DNA of 64,000 bases from Antedon mediterranea (taxonomy: Eukaryota; Animalia; Echinodermata). The stretch lies in contig NC_092680.1 in NCBI RefSeq assembly GCF_964355755.1, positions 19,291,045 to 19,355,044 on the forward strand, in the 5' to 3' direction. Under the pieces are notes generated by a model that did not search any database, was not told the DNA's origin, and worked only from the letters and a program-made list of their open reading frames with translations. Shown piece after piece: positions 52,201-64,000 of the stretch (its first letter is position 1; every line of letters starts with the position of its first letter). The position numbers and the translations under genes are program-made.

Positions 52201-55200
52201 ACATTTTCAGGTAGAGTGTAAGTAAGCATTCGTTGAATTTTGATATAATTGTCGTATGCACTAATAAACCGTGTTTGATAGAGCAAACCAAAGTCTACAC
52301 CTAGTGGGTTAGTTTCGTTTACCAGGATAGGAAAGCCATACGGTGCATTTGTTGCCCTACTGGAAGATTCTACAAGATAAAATTTGCATAAGTTGCAGGT
52401 GTAAGTAGAACCATATAGTTCACTTTTACTTAATGAGATGGAATATCGGAATTAAACAAAACAAAAGCATGGGTTGTTACTAGTGAAATATGATTAATAA
52501 TTACGGTCTATCTATGACGTAAGGTATTGCAAGGGTAAACCAAAGACCCCTACTGAATGGGGTTTAGCTTGTTCTCTATAACGGGTTAGTATATACCTAT
52601 AACTAATTTGGATGATGTTTATAATAATTGTAAAATACAAAATTGTCAGTATGATGCTACATTAATTTAATACAGTTTTAAAGAACTTACTTTCATTTTG
52701 ATCTAAATCCAAATCCGAGTCAAAAAACCTACCGTCACGGTTAGAAAATTGCGTATTTGCAAGAAAAGACTGAAATTTACAACAAATTAAATTAATATCA
52801 TTAAATGCTTTTTTAATTTTTTTGTTTAATTCATGTTGAGCGTAATAGAGATGACCACTGTCAATTTTCCATAATTTCATGATCAAATTCCGGGAAAGAA
52901 ATCACATTTGAAACACACGTGTATGATAGACCATAATCTTACATGATACAGCCATCATATGTGAGCCACATGAGTTGCTGTACAAAGAATTTGCCTATGA
53001 TACGGGACATTATTATGTAATAAGAGGATTGATTTGCTTACTATTAAATCTTGTGCTGTGCACGAGCATCCTGAATTATACGCATTGTAACGTCTGTCTC
53101 GTTCAATGTTGTCACGTGGGTATGTAACTGATGTAGTGTTCTCGTTGTTGCTTCTGTAAGATGGCGTTCCAAATGAACCAGGACGTTGTAATGTAGACCT
53201 CATACTACCAGCTGTTCCGTTGTTTGGTTCAGGCGTTACATCAATCAGTTCTATCAATTTAAAACGGTATTATGTTTGTTTGTATTTTCTCGAGAGATAA
53301 ATAAACAGGTAATGAGAAACTTCCTATACTAAAATTTAAGTAATTTATAAACAATGTCACTACTTCTTGGGGGCCAGTCGGCTATTTTTCATTCACTATA
53401 CACATTGACAATACATGAAATTAAATAAATATATATAGGTAAATAATCAGAGACACAGAATATTTTCTATATTTGTTTTATAGTATAATATACGTTCATG
53501 CCATCTCCCCTACCCCTGTAAAAGACATAACCAACCTGCCATGTGTTTTATAGTATAATATACGTTCATGCCCTCTCCCCTAGCCCTGTAAAAGACATAA
53601 CCAACCTGCCATGAGATTGTACAGTTCTACATTTGCCACAGACTCTCTCAATACCAAACCATTTCTGAAACTCGGTCCAAATCCGACAAATAAACCCTTT
53701 TTACAAATAAAAAAAACGTAATTAATTTGTATGATATTTATCATAGACCTAGGTGTTTTTATAATGGAAAAATAGGAAGATTATGCAATGCAATTAAGAA
53801 GTAGGATTGTAGGATCGATTTCTGTATTTAAGTGGTAACATTACAGGTACACGATCTTAAAATAATACGTATAAAATATGTTAATGCTTTGGCCTATATC
53901 TAGTCCTGAAACTAATGTTCTCTAAACAAACGACCAATTATTATTGCCACAAAATATGAGACGTATTCGACTGCCAATTTCCTACTTCATGTTTGAACGG
54001 TTACAAAAAGATAGTAAAATCACTAGAAATATATATCCATGAGCAATATACGTGTGAATGTTCAAAGCACATTATGGTTACAATTAACCACATACTTACA
54101 TGCATCGACATGTTGAATGGATCAAATCCGGTATTAGCACCTCTGCAGTAATCCCGATTGTAGGATGATTTACGACTAAAATCAACAAACATTTACAATT
54201 CAATTTATTTATTTAATTGTCTCTTATCACAGAAAGACAAGCTAAGTGATGATGAAAATGTCAAGATTTGGTACTGTACCCTTCCAACTATCACAAACAA
54301 TTATCTTTAGCTTTTTAGGATGAGCTGATATTAGTTGATTATCCATGTAAGATGTCACTTCCTACATTAATCGCTTCATAAATTACTAAGGATAACAGGC
54401 TTTTTTTTAAATATAATTTTATGTTCATATCTATAGATACTAGATCTACAATAAAAATCTATTTAAAATTCACTTGGTCCGATTTGAACCTTTGAAATCT
54501 CACGTACAGGGTGGGCGAGTGTCTTACATAAAAGAATCTTAATGGTAAAAACCATGAAGTATTCTCAAAGCTACATACCTGCCGGAAAATACGGTTTCAT
54601 TATCCATGACTACGACAAGAGGTGTAATTCTTTCGTTGCTGCCAAAGTGATAACGTGATGGAATTGTTAAGTTTCTCATGTAGATGGAAGCAAAATCCTC
54701 TTTACACTGAAATAAATGACAAAAACAGTTACAGATTTATTGAAAGTTCAAACCTTCTGATAATTTTGGTTTTCTTTTATTAATATTATGGAGGAGTATT
54801 TATATCTTGTTGACACTGTAGATCGTGAGTAGAGTATGGGGTCTATCCTTTGTATGTATTGGAGGTTGTCCATGTACCAAGATACATCGAGATAGGGAAA
54901 ACGACTTATCACTCCAATATACTATTTACATTTAGTTTCTCCGAATTTATTTGAAATTAAATGGTCTTTAATCATAATGTGAAAAATCATAGATACTTAC
55001 AACCAATCGTTCCGCTAAATCTTCTGTCGTATTATACTTAGCACCTATATTGAAAAAAGTTTAAAATATTTTCTTACAATAAGACGGAGACATCAAAACC
55101 CTTTTAGTTATCAATAAATATTTACATTTTTAAAACGGGTATTAAGACGTTTTTCCCTTTGTTTTATACTCACGATCGTTTGGCAAAATCTCTGCAAATG

Positions 55201-58200
55201 ATCCAATATAATCTGGTGTTACGTCATAATCCCTCACATCATCAACATACTGAAATTAAATTATATATCCGATTTGTATTATTGTTTAAAAATAATTAGA
55301 GTAAAACAGTATAAAGCTCTGTCTACACTATCAAACTTTATGTGACAAAAAAATGTGATGTGCCCATATATGGACATGATAATGTCATATCACTACCATA
55401 TTTGAACTTATCACTACTATATTTGGGACACACCACACTTTTTTGTCAAACTAGTTGGAGGTTTGCTTGCACGTAGAAGCATACCTAAACCCCGTTCTCA
55501 AAGAGTGTCTGATAATTATTCTTACGTCATCAAGATAAAGCACGTCATCACAAGTGACATCGATCATGCCAGTAGTCCCAACAATCATGACGTCAATACA
55601 GTCCAGCATTTGTTCATCCATCAGATCTTCCATAACCAAACCAATTGCTTCATCTGTTTCACGCAGACTCTCATTAAACTGAAATAACATATGAACAAAA
55701 CGTGGTGAATAATTCATTATTGCTTTGATATCAAATTACAAGTTTGTCCTTTTCGTTCAATTATTAAAAAGACTTATTATAGTATTGTACTGTTATGTTT
55801 ACTATACGTTTATTAAATTAGACTTCTTTGTGACATAATTCAGCGTTTTTCATTTACAATGAGGAAATGCTTTGTTATTTATCCCTATGTTGTCAAATGT
55901 CTCCCTAACATCACGACTTTTGCCCCGAGCTTAACCCGTTCTCACGAGTAGATAAGATATGAAATTGCAGTGTCTGCCTAGCTTACTTGTTTTGAGTAGA
56001 TACCATACTTCCTTGCTGTTTTACCAGGGTCTTCCATAAACATGGTGATAAATCTCGGTCTAAACAATTAAATAAAAATTGTTCGAAATTTAAAAAACAG
56101 AATTAAAAAATAGGCTTGTATGAAGAAAAAATGGCAAAATTAAAACATGGTTCAATATTGATGTGAACTTTGAAGAAATATAGGTGGACAATGTTAACAG
56201 TTCATTTCGTTCAATTAAAACCACCTCGATGATTATGAGATCATTAATATCTAAAGGGTCTTACGACTACAGACAATTACTCTCTGTAAAATACCTATAT
56301 ATAATAAATAAATGTGAATTGAATTGAATTATTATTATATGAATGGAATCAGTTCACACAATTTTATTTAGGCCTATTGTATCTCCACATATGGAACGTT
56401 CAGTATCACGGACACATTATGTTATACAGTTTCACATGTTTGCCTCCCGTACTTCCCTTTTGAGCTGTCTACGACTCCCTATGTACCATACGGTATGTCA
56501 TCATGTGTGAAATTGTATAACATAATTGTCCTATTACACTTGGCAAATTATAGATATAGTATCGAGAATCGGTTACGTGGTTTGAAAAAAATTGAGTATG
56601 ATACAAATCGTATTCATTGGTGGTAGTATCGCATCGCTGACGAAATATGTGTCTGTTTCAAACGAATCTAATTGGAAATCTTTACACACCTCGTTTTAGA
56701 TGGCGCTTTAATCCATGCTTTAATCGTATTCATTCTGTCCTCGTATTTGACATCTCTGCAATAAATAAACATAATAAATCCACTAAGATGACAAAATTAT
56801 ACGCAAACAATAGGTGGCTTATGACATAATACTATTACTATAGTAAAAATAAAATACAGGTATATTATTATCTAAAGCTGTGTAAATATTGTCTAAGTAC
56901 ACCTACAAAACGGATAGGTCAACCAATAGACTCGAACCTAATTTTTCATCTATGATTCATGGTTAATGGTGATAGATACAAAATAAGCACTTTATAAAGT
57001 TGAACTTTATGAAATCGTGATATGATAATGTGTTATGTATAAGTAATGCAAGAGTACAAATATTGGCAAAGATTGCAGAGATGTTAGTGCAAAAATAACT
57101 GATTTTTTTTATTTATTTATACTGGGTGATTGGGGCATGAATGTAGTTGTTAAAAAAAGTATATAGAAATGATGTAAAGCAACGTGAGTGTGTGATAGAC
57201 CTGTTGGGCTTATATATGAATGGATGACGATCTGAGCTTGGACAAATATTGACACACATTTTGCTTACTCACTACTGCGACTTAGTGAAGATGTGGACAG
57301 ATTCAGAAAACTTAAATATGGTATACTGATCTAAAATAAGGTAAACAGTTTGTGTAGTCGGACGATTTTCTACTGATTTTAAAACGTCAAACAGTAGAAA
57401 GTTTACTCGAGAATAATTTAATACGCGGGTATTTCTCGAGTCATGGTAAAAGAAAACCGTTATGTAGGCCTAAATGCCTTTAGAAGCAAAATCTTAAAAT
57501 CCATACTCGTCATATTCTGCATAGTAAGTTGGGTGACGTTCTGTCTTTATACCGTCTTCGTATCTATCCTCTTTAACATTACTTCCAATCCACGAATGAC
57601 TGGCACTAATGTAACCTTCTTCGTTTGCAGACTCCCACAACTAAAATATAAATAAACAGAATGATAAGGAAATAACGCATTTGGCATGAACAGAAGACCA
57701 AACAAACTTAACCGAAACTGTCACTTATGATTGGTCTTTTACTTGCGTTGTGCATATACATCCGTGCGTTGCGCATACATCCGTGCGTTTCACATCATCC
57801 GTGCGTCGCACACCATCCGTGCGTCGCACATCATCCGTGCGTTGCACACACCATCCGTGCGTCGCACACATTCCATGCGTCGCACACCATCCGTACGTCG
57901 CACACCATCCGTGCGTTGCACACACCATGCGTCCTGTAGGAACCGAAGCTCAGACAGATTTAACGCAGTATATGTTAAACTCTGTCTACACTATCAAACT
58001 ACATTGACAAAAGAAGTGTGATGTGCTCAAATACTGCACCGTAGTGATATGCTTAAATATGGTAGTTCTATGACATCCATATATGGGCACATCACATTTT
58101 TTTGTCACATAAAGTTTGATAGTGTAGACAGGGCTTTACACCAGTAAGAAACTATAAATACCGCTTTGGCCTGGTACCAATAAGCATCGTCAAGTTGTGG

Positions 58201-61200
58201 ATCTTCTGGTTTTACAATAGGCTGAAAGGTACGACGATCTTCCTCCGAATATATATAATCAGACGTCACTCCATGATAATCAGGATAAAGGCCCTGGTGG
58301 AAAATAAAACGTTACTATTTTAACACATCTATTATAATTGTGAAAGTGTTCCAAGGAGGCCAAGGAGTTTTGTTGAAAAACCTAAAACGGATATAATCGT
58401 ATTATCGGAAAAATAAAAACAAGATTTAACCTTAAATTTATTTAAAGATTTAGTATTTAATATTTTCGCTTCTTGTGCTTTTACCAGAGCCTCTGTTTGA
58501 AAACTTTGTCTTGAACATGTATTTTGTACACATTTTTTCCACACATTTAGCCTTACACATGTTTAGATATGAAAAATGTTTAGGTTACAAACCCAACTCA
58601 ACACATTAGTGACGTGTTGATTGTTAAACATGTGGAGCAATTTAAAGACACGTTTAGGTTTTAAACGTGTTTAAATTGCCATGTGTGGAGCTCAAGTGTG
58701 GAGCTTTTTAGGCCACAGTAAAATCGTATGCACGCAACGCTAAACACGTACCTAAAAATGTTGACTGCTAAACATGTGGAAAAGTTGAAAACATAATAGT
58801 GTCATGGAGGAAAACAACATGTAGCTATAAACACATTTAGGTTTTACACACGATAAACATGTAACTGTGTTTAAAAGCTCAACAGTTTTTACAGTGTAAA
58901 GGGCAAAAGGGGTATTGTCGAACGGGTCTCACTCGAGAACGTTTTCAAGTATATACCTACAGTATTTAGTAAACTCACGTCAGTTAAGCATAATTGATAA
59001 TCATATTTCAGAATTAGAACACTAATCTTTATTTTACAGTAGGCTTTATTGTCCATGGTAACATCCTTAACGTCTGTTTTCATAACAATATGTTTGAATA
59101 TCAAACACATTAGCAGTAATCAAATAGGCTTACCGTAATTATTGAATATAGGTTAGGATATGTAAGAGCTGGAAACGACGGCCTCAGCTTAGCCTGCACT
59201 CCACATTGAGCTGAGTATAAAAAAGATCGAAAATATAACTAGAATAAATATAATAAATTTACGATTCAAGTTCTATTTAATACTGCAAGGCACTTACCAA
59301 GCCGTTTGATATTCTTGGCGTAGTTAGTGTTGTTCACATAGTCGTAGCGAAATCCGTCCAATGCTATTACAAGTAAAGGCTTTCTTGTATAACTACACAA
59401 AAAAAATGAACGTAAAAATGAAATACGTAAAAATAAAGAACTATTGACAATCTCAATATGTTATGATTATCTGATAATATAAAAACTATAAACTAAAAAA
59501 GTTGAGGAAAGTCATAATCATCACTGTTCATAATCTACTATACAGTATTGTTTCAGAGCGGTTTCTGGTGAGTTCAGTAGGCCTACTGAATATGGTCATT
59601 GTCATCTGGATGGCAGAAGATACCACCATTAAGGCCTATAGCTGTCTGAAGAAAAAAGGCCACGAAATCAAATTAGACAATTAGCTTTTTCAACGTGTAG
59701 ACTCCTCACTACTATTATACGAAACTTTTTAGTGAAACGAAAATGGGCTCTCGGCCAACCCTGATCAGGGAGAAATACGACGGCCAATATTATTACTATA
59801 TTGAGGGGACACGTTGTTGGGGACACGTTGTTGGGTCCTAAATATGTCCCCTTAACAAGCGTTCTAACTGTATATAATTACAGCTTTTGTTCTACTTACT
59901 CTGTTGGTTGGCATTTAAACGAACATGAACTGCCGTATGTTTTTGCAAAATTTCCTTGGTAACCAGAGCCTGCAAAAAATAGTTAAAAATTATCAATCAT
60001 AATATCGGGGAAATGCAGCAAAATATAAAAATAGTTGGATAATTATTTATTTTCTTTCAATTTTATTGTCTACGCCGTCGTTACTAATTGTTATGAATAA
60101 TTTTCCAGAGTTTACGAAAACGACGAAAAGTTGAAAGACTATTTCTTATTTCACATGAAACGAATGAAATTTGGTTTTAAAAAGTAAGGAAATACTACCT
60201 CTCTTTCCTAGACCAACTCCAAGACCGATAGCGAATACGAAAATAAGGATTACAACAATGACCTGAAAAATTAGAAACAATATTGAACAAATGTTAATAT
60301 TAATTCAATTTCACTATAGTAATAGTATTTCCCAGATATACTGTATATGGTTCTGGGATCTCCTCATGTTTATCATTTCAATTAATGAATAATGACCACC
60401 GGGCCATTTAGATTAATATATATCTAATCGAACCACGGAAGCCCAGTGGTCTAATGGTTCAACAATCTTGCATATCAAGCAGAAGGTCCGAGTTCGAATC
60501 TCGGTTGGGGCAGCATTTCCTCATCTTTATCGTTTCAAATTAATTAACATTAATCGCCATGGAGTAAATATATCACCGATCGGTTTAGAATTTCTTGAAA
60601 TGAATGAAAAAAGTAAAGGAGCATGCAAAGAAGAAAGTAAAACTAATCATAAAGTTTTCAGATGATTTTATGTATTTAGTTATGTATTAGGCCTATTATT
60701 TAAGAAAACCCATTACTAGTCATAGTCGCAAGAGACTACTACTAAGTTGCACATGCACATAGGCCTATTTAAGCTCAGCCAATGAGTTGAATTAGTTGAA
60801 ACAATAGTACATGCATTTGAGATTTTTAAATAATATTGTAATAAATAACATTCTTATTTTCATCTTATATTACCATGCTTGCTTAGCAAAACTTTTGGTC
60901 TATAATGAATAATATTAGTTGGAAGAAAATAGAGATTAATTTGTGCTATTGATCATGCGCATCATAAAGTATGTTTACTTTACTTACACAAATCTGTGAA
61001 TGAGAAGACAAACACGTGACGAGTTGGTAATATAGTGACGTCAGAATTAACATCATGAAATCATAGAAGAGTTTAATAAAAACGAAATTAAAATAATAGT
61101 AATTTAAAAATGAAAGATTTATATGTTAATAGTTAACAGAGAATGATGGAAATACGTCGCTGAATGGAATATAAAATAACACAGTGCATTAACTAATTTC

Positions 61201-63789
61201 AAAATTATTTTTTATATCATAATAAAATATTTTATTGAAGTGGTGTAACAGAATTACTATTTACTCTCCTTTTGTTTTTGTTTAATTGTTTTTAAAGTAT
61301 TTTGCTTCTTTTTTGTTTTTGTTTATTATAACCAGTAGAGAGACAAAGTCAAACGTAGCACAGAGTACGAACCAAAAATCTATCCTAGTAGGCTACAGTA
61401 GTTGATATACAGTAGGCCTACACTTATTCTGAAATATGTCAGGCCTAACTACACTTACCACTATAGCACGTTTTCCTGTGCAGCATTCACCCACTTCACA
61501 ACCACCTCCAGACGAGGAGGACTGCAAGGCAAAAGAAACAAACAAACATGGTTTTTTTTTATTTCATATAGTTCGGTTACATCATATGATTATGTGACAG
61601 CATAATTTATACAAGAGAACCCTTTAAGCATTTCAAAACGCCGCCATGACCAACATATACCAATATGGTGTCTTCTTTACGTAATAACAGGAATATCCGG
61701 TAATGCTTGGTTCCCACTCTAAAGCGTGGTTCCCACTAGCGACGCAACGCAAGGACCAATCTTTAGGACGCAACACAAGGACGTAACGCAACGTAAGTGA
61801 ATTGACCAATCACAAACGATAGATTATTCGAACTGTCGCTTGTCATTGGTTAACACGCTTGCGTTTCGTGTACGTCATTGCGTTACATTCTAGTGGGAAC
61901 CAAGCTTATGTAAATGATTAAGCCATGCATTACATTGCGTACACAATGAAAAGTCTAGGCCTATCGAAATTGAATTTAGATTCATCATGTCAGTTCGTAT
62001 TGACACAGTGGGTTCTCGTACCAATACGTGCATCTTATACGATTCAGCTTGTTTAAATATTTGAGTCACTCGTTTTACCTTTAGCTTACAATACCATTGT
62101 TCTCGTTCACATTATAAAACTGGAATCTTCATATTGCGTGTTAACGCAACCTATTTTGTAGTTGGTTTTGTTGAAGTTTCTATTGTTAATTTCCTGGTGA
62201 AATTGTTTTCTCTTTTTGTATATAAATGTTTTGTATACAATTTGTATATGGATGTAGGTCTACTATCCGAAATAAAATAAGTGAATATTTAATTCAATTT
62301 CCAAAAAATGGTTGATATTTCCAGCTATTATAGAAATTATCTCATATAGACTATGATTTATATTTGTTTTTTTAGATTAGACACGTGACCAATGTATTTA
62401 TGACTTAGTTCATGTACGGTACTGTTATATTCTAATTTAATAAACACTTAAGTCATCAATGAGCCACTTAAGTCATGGATTGATAATTCCATCATAAAAA
62501 TATAATAAATATTCATTTATATTAAAATCTTAAATTCTGCAAAGAAATACCTTATACCTTAAAAATAATACAACATTGCAACGGTAGCACGGTGAAATAA
62601 TATTATTTTAAAGGTATAGCACAGAGAAAACATAAATCAAGAAGTTAACATTTTGTGAAAACAAAACAATAACACTGTAATAGCCCTAATCATACCTTAC
62701 GTGAGTACCTCGTAAATAACAGTGCCTACAAGGTGCTGCGTAAGATTTCTATTTGACCCACATAAAATAACCTAAGTTTATTTACAAATTAAAAAATATA
62801 CTTTTAGTACACTGAACCGTGTTGTGTTCTGTTTTATTGATAACTGTGTAGCTACTCGATTACAAGAGGTTGACTTTACTTTGTAATGTAGGGGAATAAC
62901 CTGCGGCTTGCAGCTTACAGTGACACTTTACTCCCTCATTGGTCCCTTCGAGGCTCATTTGCCTGTCCACACGACACGAGGCACTGGGGTGACCCCTCTT
63001 CCGCGAGATGCACTAGAGTACACACGAATCAGATGTGGAAATTGGCCTTTAATTAAGCTCATCCGATGAGACTTGAACCCGTGTCGTTTGTAAAGTATGA
63101 CTGATGTGCGTTACCCCTACCTTAAACCACTCGACCACTCAAATGTATCGAGGATTACGTTGCCGAAATTGCATTTATTTCGGAAATAGTTTTGATGGCA
63201 CAAAGGCTACTTGCGCATCCCCAATCAAAATGGCACCGTGATGATGAAATATTTGATATTGGCATCCATAGAAATGGCAATAACCCAAAATATCTTTATA
63301 TCATGCAATGTAGTGATTCAAACGATCTACTGCGATGGTGTGTGCATACTATAAATCCATAAAAGAAAATAGGCCCTAGTGGAAGCAAATTGCCAAGAGG
63401 ATATGATGGTAATAATAGGCATACGTGCCTGGAATATGACATAACAAAAAACAAAATTGTCCTGTAAACAAGGAATTGTTGTTGTCCCTTGGAAGATATT
63501 TTTAATTGTCAGCATGTGTAATACACATAGGAATTCGTTATTTGGATGATTTACGATCAAATTTATGAACATTATTAATAAAAAAAACAAAACAGTGATA
63601 TCTGTTTTCCTTATTAAATCCATATGTTGATCTCGAAAGGTCAATTGTCACCTTACATAGGTCTACTATGCATTACATTCAACATTGATGTCACTGATTG
63701 AAATATTCACTTACGTCTTTTCCATAATATTTTTCACTCCCCTTGGTGGAATAGGCAGGCGCAGCATCAATGGCGTCCAGATCAATTCC
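49205..63789 (-). CDS. ENPP: ENPP1/ENPP3-like ectonucleotide pyrophosphatase/phosphodiesterase homologue (type II TM, PDE and nuclease-like domains), probably catalytically inactive; start codon not in the window
   Basis: In-frame exons on -: 63789-63715, 61521-61459, 60262-60199 (TM VIVVILIFVFAIGLGVGL), 59969-59900, 59392-59298 (PLLVIALDGFRYDY), 59210-59134 (RPSFPALTYPNLYSIIT), 58293-58162 (GLYPDYHGV), 57640-57507, 56755-56690, 56059-55987, 55678-55526, 55249-55174, 55044-55001, 54706-54579 (IPSRYHFGSNERI), 54175-54100, 53696-53606 (GLFVGFGPSF..NVELYNLM), 53250-53042 (PEPNNGTAGS), 52769-52691, 52369-52203 (APYGFP), 51410-51272, 50710-50603 (SNIVPMY), 50168-50036 (GVNVVVGPIFDTNHD), 49770-49605 (VPTAYY..SFILPH), 49366-49205 (HRATISDIEQLTGIVFF, TAA). 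The two 5'-most exons are less certain. Confidence 0.92.
50409..50565. mobile_element. M1 MITE copy in an ENPP intron
   Basis: TTA|AGCTCTGTCTAGACTATCAAACT ... AGTTTGATAGTTTGACAGAGCT|TTA. Confidence 0.85.
50953..51165. repeat. G18 run followed by a ~20-bp G-rich minisatellite
   Basis: GGGGTATCAAAG(A/G)(T/C)CTTT about 10 times. Confidence 0.8.
51780..52055 (-). mobile_element. Penelope-like fragment with a degenerate hammerhead motif
   Basis: Minus strand ACA-CTGATGA-T-GTTGTT-CGGCGT-AACAAC-GATAC-ATGT-TGT; downstream translation DLRKLEKLSKKIHK resembles PLE ORF N-termini (from memory). Confidence 0.5.
53474..53613. repeat. 70-bp tandem duplication overlapping an ENPP splice donor
   Basis: 53474-53543 and 53544-53613 differ at 2 positions. 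Confidence 0.9.
56405..56535. repeat. Inverted-repeat MITE-like element
   Basis: GGACACATTATGTTATACAGTTTCACATG pairs with CATGTGTGAAATTGTATAACATAATTGTCC. Confidence 0.6.
57744..57932. repeat. Minisatellite, 18-21 bp unit, about 10 copies
   Basis: CACCATCCGTGCGTCGCACA variants. Confidence 0.9.
60440..60512 (+). pseudogene. tRNA-like sequence (pseudogene or isolated SINE head)
   Basis: A box TGGTCTAATGG and perfect T arm CCGAG-TTCGAAT-CTCGG; the anticodon and acceptor stems are imperfect. Confidence 0.55.
61722..61907. mobile_element. Harbinger-like MITE
   Basis: TIR AGCGTGGTTCCCACTAG / CTAGTGGGAACCAAGCT, internal ACGCA repeats; a duplicated terminus lies at 61705-61719. Confidence 0.7.
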
Positions 63790-64000
63790 CTGTTGATATA
63801 AACACAATTACATTTTTGTAAATATTTTGATAAAATAGATAGCCAGTGCAGCAGAAACATAAAACGACATTAGTAACCACCAGGTGCGTAACGGCGAAAA
63901 ATAAAATAAGGAGATTAAAGAAAGAATGAGCGTAAAATATAAATGAATACAGTTGAACCTGGGCACCTTTTAGGCCTACATGGGTACACTTTACCATGAA

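Noticed and set aside
57725-58021. Four overlapping repetitive ORFs (His/Cys/Arg-rich)
   Set aside because: They are translations of an intronic minisatellite that is open in several frames
60440-60512. Functional tRNA gene
   Set aside because: The anticodon and acceptor stems pair poorly and the anticodon loop lacks the usual pyrimidine at position 32
62690-62790. Possible ENPP first coding exon
   Set aside because: The ATG is followed by a stop after four codons; exons 63715-63789 and 61459-61521 already join in frame

Overview
AT-rich, intron-rich animal genomic DNA, probably a marine invertebrate (inferred from its repeat families). The short ORFs in the track are mostly exon fragments or noise. 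Two convergent multi-exon genes dominate. (1) On +, from 1 to 39706, is a 5'-truncated ABCA-subfamily lipid transporter of about 58 exons. Its first extracellular domain is giant (over 1400 aa in this window), is built from tandem Cys-pair modules and carries furin-type basic sites. (2) On -, from 63789 to 49205, is an ENPP1/3-type type II membrane protein (PDE plus nuclease-like domains). Its frame is intact but five of the six Asp/His zinc ligands are replaced, so it is a probable pseudoenzyme. The 9.5 kb between the genes holds a palindromic satellite split by a ~5 kb block bounded by Helentron-type (HINE) ends, which contains a second, higher-order satellite. The introns carry about 20 copies of one MITE, Deu/Nin-domain tRNA SINEs, a 5S+tRNA composite SINE and two Penelope-type fragments with hammerhead ribozyme motifs. 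All exons were read by eye from GT/AG sites and frame continuity; no database search was run.
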